64,000 bases of DNA from assembly GCF_009914755.1 (NCBI RefSeq), contig NC_060936.1, one strand, 5' to 3'. This stretch comes from the human T2T-CHM13v2.0 reference genome, Homo sapiens. The position numbers were made by a program, and so were the translations under genes. This document shows positions 1-12,800 of the stretch, one piece after another. The notes under the pieces were generated by a model that had not been told where the DNA came from, searched no databases, and saw nothing but the letters and a program-made list of their open reading frames with translations. Every line of letters begins with the position of its first letter. Within the stretch, counting starts at the first letter, position 1.

Positions 1-273
1 CAAGCTGCAATTCCAGCACTTTGGGAGGCCAAAGTGGGCAGTTGCCTTGAACCCAGGAGTTCGAGACTAGTCTGGACAACTTAATGAAACCCCATCTTTA
101 CAAAAAATACAAAAATTAGCCAGGCACAGTGGTGCACAACTGTATTCCCAGCTACTCTGGAAGCTGAGGTGGGAGTATCACCTAAGCCCAGAGAGGTTAA
201 GGCTGCAATGAGCTGTGATTGCGCCACTGCACTCCAGCCTAAGTGACAGAGCAACACCCTGTCTAAAAAAAAA
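1..273 (+). mobile_element. AluJ-type SINE (5' end outside window)
   Basis: Dimeric Alu with TACAAAAAATACAAAAATTAGCC linker, J-type motifs (GAACCCAGGAGTTCGAG, CACCCTGTCT) and an A tail. Confidence 0.9.
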
Positions 274-656
274 TGCAAATGGTAAGAATCAGAGACTTCA
301 GCTGGTAGTGTCCTTTCATTTGGTGGCCTGCACCCGGTGCTAAGCTAGAAGTATACTTTCTAAGTGTGGGTGTGCAAGATGTAAAGCCAAGAAGGACTTT
401 TTCCAGAGTCAATGGGAATTTGGGATGGGGAGGGGAAGCAGGTATTAAATCTCTAACTGAGGTATGCAGGGATTCTACAGGTAGCTGGTTCTATCTCTGG
501 TTACAGAATGAAAACAAAGGTGTGGAATGTGGGCAGGGCACTCTTCTCTGGTTTTGGCAATCTGCCTCCCTGAAAATGGAGTTGGGGCAGATGCACAGAG
601 CATAAGTCTACTGGTATTTAATAGCACCTTTGAGCAGCCCAAGGAATGGTGGTGGT

Positions 657-682
657 TGTATGTATGTATGTATGTATGTATG
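657..682. repeat. (GTAT)n microsatellite
   Basis: About six GTAT units followed by TG repeats. Confidence 0.9.
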
Positions 683-1163
683 TGTGTGCATATGTGTGTC
701 CTTCAAGCCAACTAATACACTGCAATTATTATGGTGTATTCATTTTCACACTGCTATAAAGATACTATCTGAGACTGGGTAATTTATAAACAAAAGAGGT
801 TAAATTGACTCACAGTTCCACATGGCTGGGGAGGCCTCAGGAAACTTACAATAATGGCACAAGGTGAAGGGAAAACAAGTACCTTCATCACAAGGTGAGA
901 AGAGAGAAAGAGAGAGCTCAAGGGAAACTGCCACTTTTAAACCATCAGATCTCGTGAGAACTATCTCACTATCACAAGAATAGTATGATGGAAACCACCT
1001 CCATGATCTAATCACCTACCACCAGGTCCCTTCTTCAAAATATGGGAATGACAATTCAAATGTGAGATGAGATTTGGGTGGGGACACAGAGCCAAACCAT
1101 ATCATTCCACCCCTCTCAACTCCCAAATCTCATGTCCTTTTCACATTTCAAAACCAATCATGT

Positions 1164-1492
<329 letters not shown>

Positions 1493-1567
1493 AAACCAAA
1501 CATGCAATCATGCATGACTTTGGAAAAGCCATAACTCATTTCAGCATTAACTTAAAAGTCCAAATCC

Positions 1568-1910
<343 letters not shown>

Positions 1911-3728
1911 CTATGAGCCTGTAAACTCAAAAGCAAGTTAGTTACTTCCAAGATACAGTGGGGGTACAGGAATTGGGTAAATGTTCCCATTCCAAATAAG
2001 GAGAAATGTGCCAAAACAAGGGGGCCACAGACCCTATGCAAGTCCAAAACCCAGCAGGGCAGTCCTTAAATCTTAAAGCTCTAAAATGATCTCCTTTGAC
2101 TCAATGTCTCACATCCAGAGCATGCTGATGCAAGGGGTGGGCTCCGAGGGCCTTGTGCAGCTCCGCGCCTGTTGCTCTGCAGGGTACAGCCCCTGTGGCT
2201 GCTTTCACAGGCTGGCACTGAGTGCCTGCAACTTTTCTAAGTGCACAGTGCAAGCTGTCAGTGGATATTCTGGGGTCTGGAGGATGGTGGCCACTAGGCT
2301 CCACTAGGCAGTGCCCCAGTGGGGACCCTGTGTGAGGGCTCCAACCCCACATTTCCCTTCTGCACTGCCCTAGCAGAGGTTCTCCATGAGGGTTCCACCC
2401 TTGCAGCAGATTTCTGCCTGAGCATCCAGGAGTTTTTATACTTCCTCTGAAATCTAGGCAGAAGCTCCCAAAGCTCACCTCTTGCCTTTTGCACACCCAC
2501 AGGCCCAACACCATGTGTAAGCCACAGAGGCTTGGGGCTTGCACCCTCTGAAGCAATGGCCCTAGCTGTACCCTAGCCCTTTTTAGCCATGGCTGGAGCT
2601 GGCATGGCTGGGAGGCAGGGCACCAAGTCCCAAAGCTTCATAGAGCAGTGGGGCCCTGGGTCTGACCCATGAAGCCATATTTCCCACTCTAGGCCTCCAG
2701 GCCTGTGATGGGAAGGGCTGCTATGAAGGTCTCTGACATGCCTTAGAGATATTTTCCCCATTGTCTTGGCTATTAACATTCAGCTCCTTGTTACTTATGT
2801 AAATTTCTGCAGCTGGCTTGAATTCCTCCTCAGAAAATGGGTTTTTCTATTATATCACATGGACAGGCTTCAAATTTTCCAAACCTTTATGCTCTGCTTC
2901 CCTTTTAAACGTAAGTTTCAATTTCAAACCATCTCTTTATGAGCACATATAACTGTACACTTTCAGGAAAAACCAGGTCACATCTTGAATGCTTTGCTGT
3001 TTAGAAATTTCTTCTGCCATACCCTAAAATCATCTCTCTCAAGTTCAAAGTTCCACAGATCTCTAGGGCAGGGGCAAAATGCCTTGTCTGTTTGCTAAAG
3101 CATAGCAAGTGTGACCTTTGCTCCAGTTCCCAATAAGTTCCTCATCTCCATCTGAGACCACCTCAGCCTGGACTTCATTGCCCATATCAGTAGTTTGGTC
3201 AAAACCATTCAACAAATCTCTAGGAAGTTCCAAACTTACCCACAATTTCCTGTCTTCTTCGGAGCCCTCCAAACTGTTCCAACCTCTGCCCGTTACCCAG
3301 TTCCAAAGTTGTTTCCACATTTTTAGGTATCTTTATAGTAGTACACACTTCTGGTACCAGTTCTCTTTTAGCCCATTTTCACACTGTTATAAAGAACTAT
3401 CTGAGACTGGGTAATTTATGAAAAAAAGAGGTTTAATTGAGTCACAGTTCTGCACGGCTAGGGAGGCCTCAGGAAACTTACAATCACGGCAGAAAGCAAA
3501 GGAGAAGCAAGCACCTTCTTCACAAGGTGGCAGGGGAGAAAGGGGTAGGGGAACTGCTACACACTTTTAAACCACCAAATCTCATGAGAACTTACTTGCT
3601 ATCATGAGAACAACATGGGGGAAACTGCCCCCATGATCCAATCACCTCCCACCAGGCCCCTCCCTTGACATGTGAGGATTACAATTTGAGATGGTATTTG
3701 AGTTGGGGCACAGAGCCAAACTATATCA

Positions 3729-4109
3729 GAAGGCCATCAGTGGAGGGCTCTTATGCACAAACGCCTGATAACAAGAACTATAAAAAAAAACTGCAAAAAT
3801 CATGATCTTGCACAAAGGTCATTGCAACTGTACACACAAAAAATATTTCTGTGAGGACATCTGCCCAGTCACTGTCTATCCAACTTTGAACTGGCATCAT
3901 CCTTGTTAATCTTTGTAACCAAGGATAATTATCCCAAAATGATTATGTAATCTTCATAATTTTTTAAAGAAACTTCGTCTTCTTTTATCCTCGGAATATG
4001 CACATTAGTTTATTATCCATTGTATTCCCATTGCAATGCCTTTTCCCAAATAAACATAATTTTCTTTTAGAGTTTCTCTCTCTCTCTCTGTTTATGATTT
4101 AGGTTGACA
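3729..4109 (+). mobile_element. ERV1 MER4-group LTR (MER65-like), 5' part missing
   Basis: CCTGATAACAAGAACTAT...GAGGACATCTGCCCAG...TTCCCATTGCAATGCC...AATAAAC...TTTAGGTTGACA terminus. Confidence 0.65.
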
Positions 4110-4700
4110 AGGGTTTGCAAATGGAAATTTTTTAATTTTATCATTTCATTTGCATTTATTAGCTGGTATGTTTGATGACTAGAATGACCTTTCTCATATA
4201 TCAAGGATATTTGGTTACCCTGAAATACAGTTTATACAAGAAAGGAAGGACAAGTGCTTAATTCTTTTTATTTTACTATTAATTTACAGGGTAATTATTT
4301 ATTGCCCTAGCAACTTTCTGTGGTATTTAATGAGTTTTGTTTGGAGCTCCATCTGCCACCCTTTTTAAACTGATTAACTCATTATTAATTCTTCTATGTT
4401 CCTGTGTTTTACTAAATTGCATCTTTATTTTTTTGATGCTTAAATTGTCTCATCTTTGGTTAGTGGGAACTTCAAGCATGCTCTGTGTCCCTGGGACATG
4501 GTCTGATTACCCTTTGATAACATTTTTGCTTTCTGGCATATCATGATATCCCATATCCATATTGCACTTTTCCTGCCTCAGATGTGGGACCAACCACTTT
4601 TGGAAGGTGTTCTGGTTCTTTTTGGTGAAAAATAATAATAGTCTAGAGGCCAAGTACTAGGATGATATTGCTTCTAAGACTTTTTTATGAAGAGAAATAG
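4110..4700 (-). mobile_element. Old L1 3' end fragment (L1MC4/5-like)
   Basis: TTTGATGCTTAAATTGTC...TTGCTTTCTGGCA...TTTCCTGCCTCAGA resembles the L1MC 3' UTR. Confidence 0.6.
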
Positions 4701-4714
4701 GAAAAATGTATTTT

Positions 4715-6035
4715 TACAATAAAAAATTATTAAATGAAGTTGTCATATAATTTTACATAGTCAATTTTACTTTCTATAGAAAGGCTGCTTTTGAACTTCT
4801 CATCTAGTGGTGGCAAGCATTAAAAAATTTATTTTATCAGAATAATAATAAAATTGTCATAACTGATTTCATTTAAAGCAAAATATTGTACATGTCTCCT
4901 GCACTCAGTAATATGAAGTGCACAAATATCTCTTTATTAGAAAACACAAAATAAATTATTTCTAGGGATGGAGAAAGACAGTAGTCAGCTATTACATATA
5001 TTCCCAACTGAAGCTGATAACTGATGAATACAGTGATTTTTCTTAAACATCAGCTAGCCCTTTTTTTCATTATGTTCAACTGACTTCTTGGAAGTTATTG
5101 GAGAAGAGTGTTGTTTTCCCATCATAGTTCTTTAATTGTGATAAAGCATATTTTCAGAATTGAAAAGGCCACCTCCCATACCCTCTTCACTCATACACCC
5201 ATTCTGTCCATGGCAAATTTTTTGTTTTCTTTAGAAATTACAGTGATTGCAAATTCTGCTGTGGATAACAAAGAAGCCACACCAGCAATATCAGTCGGAG
5301 CTGTTCTTACGATCATAATTGGCTTAATTATTCTTATTTATTTATTTATTTTGAGATGAGTCTCACTCTGTCGCCCAGGCTAGAGTGCAGTGGTGCAATC
5401 CCGGTTCACTGCAACCTCTACCTCCCGGAGCTCAAGTGATGCTTTTGCCTCAGCCTGCAAAGTAGCTGGGATTACAGGCACCCACAACCACACCCGATGT
5501 CAATGATTCTTTTTTTTTTTAACCATATTCATAGAATCCTCAACCACAGCATTATAATGGACTTCTGGGAAACTTTGCACATTTTCTTAATTATTAATTA
5601 CATTTCAACACTTACATTCTTAGCAACATTCTTTGTAATAATTATGCATTTCTATTAATTATTTCTATATGAATTTTTAAATTTTCATCAATTGGAGTTA
5701 GCGAATCCTAATCTGGAATGCACCAAAACAAAACTCTCAGTTCTCGGGAACTGCACACAGCCAAGCCCAGTGTCCAGCCGGATCAGGCCAGCCTCTCTGT
5801 TCTACTAGGTGTGAAACAGGAGGAGTTAGCTGCATTTAAAAAGGTTAGTCCTTCCTTCTATTCTGCTCTTTAAGAGCAGTTTTCACAGCATTTAGGAATC
5901 TGTAACTGTCTTTTAAAAAATTCTTCTACGTTACCTGTCCCACCAAACTTCAGTGCAGTGACTCCACCTGAAAGTTTGCCAGACATTCTGGGATGTCTTT
6001 CTTTTTATTTTTACTAGTACTAATATCTAACTCTT
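4715..6035 (-). pseudogene. HSPD1P: Ancient 5'-truncated processed pseudogene of HSPD1 (HSP60): C-terminal CDS plus full 3' UTR
   Basis: Reverse strand follows HSPD1 mRNA collinearly: ACTTTCAGGTGGAG..CTGAAGTTTGGTGGGACA (KLS.G..LKVGGT), TGCATTCCAG, TTGCTAAGAATG, GAATCATTGAC, GCTGGTGTGGCTTCTTTGTTA..ACAGCAGAA (AGVASLL.TAE), GGTATGGGAGGTGGC (GMGGG). The 3' UTR motifs CCAATAACTTC..GAAGTCAGTTG and TGCTTGCCACCACTAGATGAGAAGTT..GCAGCCTTTCT follow. No introns; many indels. Confidence 0.9.
5336..5496 (-). mobile_element. Right-arm-only Alu (FRAM or 5'-truncated Alu) inside the HSPD1 retrocopy
   Basis: (TTTA)n tail then TGAGATGAGTCTCACTCTGTCGCCCAGG; flanked by a diverged duplication of the HSPD1 motif GAATCATTGAC (5321-5335 and 5497-5511). 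Confidence 0.85.
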
Positions 6036-6459
6036 GAATTCTGACATGTCCTACAATATAAGTTGCAGATTTTACCAGTGTGTCGCTTTGACATTGCCTT
6101 CTATGCAGGCTGTGAGGACATATTCCAGTTTAACAGGTTGTTTTCAGAATTTCTCACCCATGTCCCATTCCATGCAGTGTTCTTTCCTTTTGGGGAAGCC
6201 TATTTTAGCAATTTCAATATTCCATGGATCTCAGTACACTTCAGAATTTCAATTTCTCTTCTCCACATTCACTTCATATCTGCTAGCCCTGTGCGGCTCT
6301 CTGGCATGAGGTGTTTGGGCCAAATTACTTATATTTTAGGTTCTTGAGAAAGACTTGTTACATATGCAACCTGCAGGCTTCCCCACCCGACCCCGCCTCC
6401 AATGCATTACCTGATCTCAACGATTTCGAGATTCTGCAAGGTTTTCTTTTTTTTTTTCT

Positions 6460-8415
6460 TCATTTTTATATATTTGGTAGAATTCACTAGTAAAGCTGAG
6501 GCTTTCTTTGTGGGATGGTTTATTGAAATGAATTTAATTTCTTCAATAGATATAAGATTATTCAGATTTATTATTTCATCTTGTGTCGGTATTGCTAAGA
6601 TGTATTTTAAAAGAGATTTGCCCATCTCATTTATTCAATTTATTGGCATAAAATTGCTCATAACATTTCTTATTATTCTTTTAATATCTATAGAATTTGT
6701 AGTGATTTACTTGTTTTATTTTCTAATATTTATAATTTGTGTCATTTTTCTGTAATTCCTGATGAGTCTAACTATGAGTTTATCAATTTGTCAGTCTTTA
6801 CAAATAATTCATTTCAGGCTTTATTAATTTTCTCTATTGTTTTCTATTTCATTGATCTCATCTATTATTTTCTTCTTTTACTTTTTTGGCTTTTCTTTTG
6901 CACTTCTTTTCATAGTTTCCTAAGGTGATTTTATACTTTATTTTTTAATATAAGAGTTTAAAGCTGTAAATTTTCCTCTAAGTATAAATTTTGATATATT
7001 TTCCTAGATGTTCAGCTTAAAATTCTACTTTTGAGATGTATTATAATTGTCATTATTTTTGAGATGTTTTCTAATTTCCCTTGTGATTTCTCCTTTGACA
7101 CATAAGTTATTTAAATGTATGCTATTTAATTTCTGAATATTGTAGGTATTTTAAATATTTTATTGTAATTTATCAAATGATAAATTACTTCCATTATGAT
7201 CAGAGAACAAACTCAGGTCTGGATTTCAATCCTTTATGTTTATTTGATATTTATTAATACTTGTTTTAAGAGCCCGCAATATGCTCTATCTTAGTCGATA
7301 TTCCATGTGCTCTTGAAAAGATCGTGTTTTCTGCTCTTTCTGGGTGTAGCGTTCTATAAATATCTTCACGTCATGTAGGTTGATACTGTTTTTCAATTCT
7401 ACATTTTTGCTGAGTTCATGTAATTGTTATAGCAATTGCTGAGAGAGGATTGTTAAAATCTCCAATTATGGTTTGTTTACATTTCCACTCAATTTTGTCA
7501 ATTTTTGTATCATGAATTTTGAAACTCTGTTATTAGGTCCACGTACATTTATGATTATAATGTATTACTGACAAATTGAGCTTTTAATAATTATGATCTC
7601 TATTTCTGGTAATGGTCTTTATCTTGAAGTCTATTCAAACAGATATTAATATGACCTTTTAGTCTTCTTATGCTTACTAGATACATGGCATATCTTTTTC
7701 TATCCAATTGCTTTCATCCTGGGTATATAGATTTCAGGTTGTCTTTTGTAGGCAGCATATAGCTGGATGTTGCTTTTTAATTCATTCTAACAATCTCTTC
7801 CTTCTTTTATAGTCTTCATTTCGATTTCTTCTTGTCTTAATTTGCACGTAGGAATGTCAATACAGATGCTTCTTGACTTATGATGGGGTTACATCTCAAT
7901 AAACCCATTGTAAGTTGAAAATGCATTTAATACACCTGACCTACTGAGCATAATAGCTTGCCTAGCCTACCTTAAACATGCTCAGAACACTTAATTAGTC
8001 TACAGTTGGGCAAAAATCACCTATCACAAAGCCTGTTTTATAATAATGTGTTGAATAGCTCATGTATTTTATTGAATACTGTAATTAAAATGAAAAATAG
8101 AATGGTGTGGTACTTGAAGTATGGTTTCTATGGAATAAATATTACTTTCACACCATCATAAGGTCAAAAAAATTATAAGTCAAACATTGCAAGAAGGGGA
8201 CTATCTGTATTATATTGAATACTAGCAGTGACAGCACTGTTCCTTGTCTTGTTCTGGATCCCAAAAAACATATATAAATTTTCACTATTAATTGAAATGT
8301 TTGTTTTAGTTATTTTGTAGATAGCCTTTGTGTCTTTGTCAAAGTAATGAGGTTCTATTCCTGGTGTTCTTAGCCTTTTCTGCACATGTGTTAAATTTAT
8401 CAAATCCTTTACACA
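6460..8415 (-). mobile_element. Old L1M ORF2 fragments
   Basis: Antisense ORF2 motifs (TTGGTAGAATTCAC, GATATTCCATGTGCTCTTGAAAAG, TCCTTGTCTTGTTC). Confidence 0.8.
7863..8207. mobile_element. TcMar-Tigger non-autonomous DNA transposon (MER47A-like)
   Basis: TA|CAGATGCTTCTTGACTTATGATGGGG ... GGGGACTATCTG|TA: terminal inverted repeats and TA TSD. Confidence 0.85.
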
Positions 8416-8990
8416 CTTTTTATTTTTAATTTGCATAAATTTAAGGAGTACAAGTGCAATTTTGTTACATGGACAAATAGTGAAGTGGTGAAGTCTGAGC
8501 TTTTAGTGTATCCATAACCTGAATAATGTGTATAGTATCCATTAAGTAATTTCTCATCATCCACCTCCCTCCCAGCATCTTACACTCTTGAGCCTCCAAT
8601 ATCTATCTATCATTCCACACTTTATGTCTGTGTGTACACATTATTTAGCTTCCACTTATAACTGTGAATATGTGGTATTTTTCTGTTTCTGAGTTGTTTC
8701 ACTTAAAATAATGGCCTCCAGTTGCATTCATGTTGTTGCAAAAGATATGATTTTATTCTTTTTTAAAAGACGGCTGAATAGTATTGCATAGTGTATATGT
8801 ATACACCATATTTTCTTTTTCTAGTCCTCCTTTGATGGACATTTAGGTTGATTCTGTATCTTTGTTTCCGTATCTTTGAGATGATCATATGGTTTTTGTC
8901 CTTAATTCTATTTAAGTGATGGTTTACATTTATTGATTTGTATGTATTAAACCATCCTTGCATCCTACTTGATCATGGTGTATTATCTTA

Positions 8991-9277
8991 TTGATTGAGG
9001 CAGGGTCTTGGTCTGTCACACAGGCTAGAATGCAGTGGCACAATCTTGGCTCACTACAACCTCCATCTCTTAGGCTTAAATGATCTTCCCACCTCCACCT
9101 CCCGAGTAGCTGGGACTACAGGCATGCACCACCACACCTGGCTAATTTTTCTATTTTTTATAGAGATGGGGTTTCCCTACATGGCCCAGACTGGTCTCAA
9201 ACTCCTGGACTCAAGTGATCCCCTGCCTTGGCCTCCCGAAGTGCTGGGATTACAGGTGTGAGCCACCACACTTGGCC
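8991..9277 (-). mobile_element. AluJ in L1
   Basis: GAGGCAGGGTCT...AACTCCTGGACTCAAGTGATCC...GTGAGCCACCACACTTGGCC. Confidence 0.9.
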
Positions 9278-9569
9278 ATATAATGTTTTTAATGTGGTGT
9301 CAGATTCAGTTTACTAGTATTTTGTTGAGGATTTTTGCCTCCGTGTTTATCAGGGATATTGGTCTGTAGTTTTCCTTTTTTTATTGTGTCTTTGTCTGAT
9401 TTTGGTATCAGGGTGATACTGGTTTTGTAGAATACGTTAGGATAAATTTTTTCCTTCTTGAGTTTTTGAAATAGTTACAGAAGGATTAGTCCCAGTTCTT
9501 CTTTGTACATTTGGTATAATTTGGCTGTGAATCTGGTCCTGAGATTTTTGTTGTCATTGTTAGAAGACT

Positions 9570-9875
9570 ATTTATTTATTTACTTACTTACTTTGAGACA
9601 GGGTCTCTGTCTGTTGCCCAGGCTAGAGGGCAGTGGCACAATCATGGCTCACTGCAGCCTTGACCTCCTGGGCTCAAGCGATCCTCCTTCCTCAGCCCCC
9701 CAAGTAGCTCAGACTATAGGGGCATGTCAGCATGCCTGGCTAATTTTTGTATTTTTTGTAGAGATGGGGTTTCACCATGCAGCCCAGCCTAGTCTTGAAT
9801 GTCTGAGTTAAAGCAATCTGCCCACCTTGGCCTCCAAAGCTCTGGGATTATAGGTGTAAGCCACTGTGCCTGGTC
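9570..9875 (-). mobile_element. AluJ in L1
   Basis: TGAGACAGGGTCTC..GGCTCACTGCAGCCTTGACCTCCTGGGCTCAAGCG. Confidence 0.9.
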
Positions 9876-12800
9876 AGGAGACTTTTTAAAATTGCAGATT
9901 CAATCTCACTACTCATTATTGGTCTGTTTAGAATTCATATTTCTTCCTAGTTCAATCTTGGGAGGTTGTACATTTCTTCTAGACATTTATCCGTTTGCTC
10001 TAAGTTTTCTAGTTTGTGAGCATATAGTTGTTTGTAATAGTCTCTGATGATCTTTTGTATTTCTGTGGTATCAATTATAATGTCTCCTTTTCCATTTCTG
10101 ATTGTTTTTATTTGAATCTTCTCTTTTTTTTGTTTAATCTAGCTAGCAATTATCAATTTTGTTTCTCTTTTCAGAAACAAACTTTTCATTTTGTTGATAC
10201 CTTGTTTTTGTTTTTGGTTTTGGAATCTCTGTTTGATTTAGTTTTGCTCTGATCTTTGTTTTTTTCTTCTGCTAGCCTTGGGTTTGGTTTGTTCTTGTTT
10301 TTCTACTTGCTTGAGGTGAGACATTAGGTTGTTAATTTGTGATATTTCTAATTTTTGATGTAGGCATTTAATGCTGTAAACTTCTCTGTTAGCACTGTTT
10401 TTACTGTATCCCAGAGGTTTTGGTATGTTGTGTTTCTATTTTCATTCATTTGAACAAATTTTTAAATTTCTGTTTTAATTTCATCATTGACCCATAAGTG
10501 TTTAGGGGCATGCTGTTTAATTTCCATGTTTTTGTATAGTTTCTGAGGTTCTCCTTGGTATTGATTTTTAGGTTTATTCCACTGTAATCTGAGAAGATAC
10601 TTGATGTGATTTTGATTTTGAAAAATTTTTTGAGACTTGTTTTGTGGCCTAACGTATGGTCTGTTCTGGCAAATATTCTCTGTGCTGATGAGTAGAAGGT
10701 ATATTCTGCAGTTGTTGGTAGAATGTTCCATATGTGTCTGCTAAGTTCATTTAGTGTAAAGTCCAATTTAAGTCCAATGTTTCTTTGTTGATTTTCTGTC
10801 TCAATGATCCATCTGGTGCTGTGAGTTGGATGGTGAGATTTCCCCCTATTATTGTATTGCTGTCTATTTCTTTCTTTAGGTCTAGTAATATTTGTTTCAT
10901 GAATCTGGGTGCTCCACTTGTTGGGTACATATATATTTAGGGTTGTTATATCCTCTTGTTGAATTGACCCTTTTGTCATTATATAAAATACTTTTTTTGT
11001 CTGTTTTTTACTGTTTTTGATTTAAAGTCTGTTTCGTTGTTGTCGTTGTTAATGTAAGTATAATTATTCCTACTTGCTTTTGGTTTCTGTTGCATGGAAT
11101 ATCTTTTTCCAACCCTTTAATTCAGTCTAAATGTGTTTACTAATAAGGTGAGTTTCTTGTAAGCAGCATATAGTTGGATCATGTTTCTTTTTTATCTGTT
11201 CTGCCAATGTGTATCTTTTAAGTGGAATATTTAATTCATTTATGTTCAAGGTTAATATTGTTATATGAAGTTCTGTTTTTGACATATTGTTAATTGTTAT
11301 CTACTTGTTTTATAAATCACTTGTTTCTATCTTTTTCTCTGCCTGTCTTTGTGGTTTGGTGGAATTCTGGTTTGTTGACATTTGATTCCTATCTATTTCT
11401 CCACTGTGTAATTGTTTTATATGACAGTGAGTTTTATACTTTTGTATGTTTTTATGATGGTGAATGTAGACCTTTTGTTTCCATGTTTAGGATACTTTTG
11501 AGAATTTCTTGTAGGGCTGGTTTAGTGGTGACAAATTTCTTCATCATTTGCTTGTCTGGGAAAGACTTTATTTCTCCTTCATTTAATCTTGCTGGATATA
11601 AAATTTGTGATTGGCAGTTTTCTTCTTTCAGCAATTTGAAAATCCCTTCCCATTCTCTTCTGGCTTGTAGGACTTCTGCTGAGAAGTCCATTGTTAGTCT
11701 GATGGGTTCCTTTTATAGTTGATGACACTTTTCTCTTGTTGATTTTAGAATTCTTTTTTTTCATCTTGACTTCCTTAGATTCCTTCTTCTGCCTGGTCTA
11801 GTCTATTCTTGAAGTTTTCAAAGGTATTTTGTAATTCCTTATATGATTTTTTTTATTTCTAGAACTTCTCTTCAGTTTCTTTCTAAAGATAATATATATC
11901 ATTGATAAATCTTTGGTTTATATCCTGAATTGATTTTCTGATTTCTTTCTATTGGTTTTCAAGCTTTTAAAAAATTCACTATTTTGAGTTTTTTAATCTG
12001 GCAGTTTGAGGATTTCTTTTTTGTTAGGATCCATTGCTACAGAATTACTGTGTTCCTTGGGTTGGAGGGGGGTGGTGTCATAATACCTTGCTTTTTCATG
12101 CTTTCCATATTATTATTCTGCTTTCAGCACGACTGGAGAAATAATAGCTTCTTGTTTTTGAATTTACTTTCTTTGGGGCAAGACTTTATTTTTTGTCTTA
12201 AGGGTATGAGTATAAAGTAAGTTTGCTAGGACCATTTGACTTTGCCTCTGGGTGTGCTCAATGTGAAGACTCTGTATGACTTCCTAGGTTATAAACAGTC
12301 TTGGTGTTTTCTCAAACATCAGTTGTAGTAGTGGTATACTGGATGAGTGAGCAGGCTTATGACCTCCTGAGAGTGGCCAGGGTTTATGGGCAATAGTGGT
12401 AGCATAGGTTGCAAGAGCATCATTTTATTCTTGGGCATTGTGTACATGTATCAGCAGATATTGTAATGAGCTATGTGGGTCAACCTCCTGGCCAGTAGAT
12501 GATGCTTTCAGGTAAGAGCCTGCTGCAGTGGTGGCAATAGGATTTATTCTTGACCTCTATTAACATGTGTAATTCTCAGGTGTCTCAGGTGATGGGTTGG
12601 GCTGTGGGATGCTCAATGATCTGGGTCCTGTGCTCTGTCTTGGGAGATTGGGCAAAGCTAGATGGAATTGGAACAGGGCCTGAACTTGGGCTCCCCAATA
12701 TTGGGCATAAGCACTAGCCCTGACAGGGTTAGGGGGCAGTCCTCAGTGGCCTGGAGAAATGCTTGGGTGAGGAGCATAGTGGCTGTTGCTGTGCTGAGGT

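Noticed and set aside
4797-4816. CTCF-like CCACTAGATG on the reverse strand
   Set aside because: Lacks the GGC core and is simply HSPD1 3' UTR sequence
6130-6325. Frame-stitched - strand peptide (KHLMPES..LADMK..REIEILK..GEK..EYV) resembling JAK1/TYK2 kinase subdomains
   Set aside because: Needs several frame switches, and no HRD/DFG motifs follow; likely coincidence unless TBLASTN supports it
10446-11691. L1 endonuclease and ORF1 peptides as functional CDS
   Set aside because: Frameshifted fragments of a deleted L1PB
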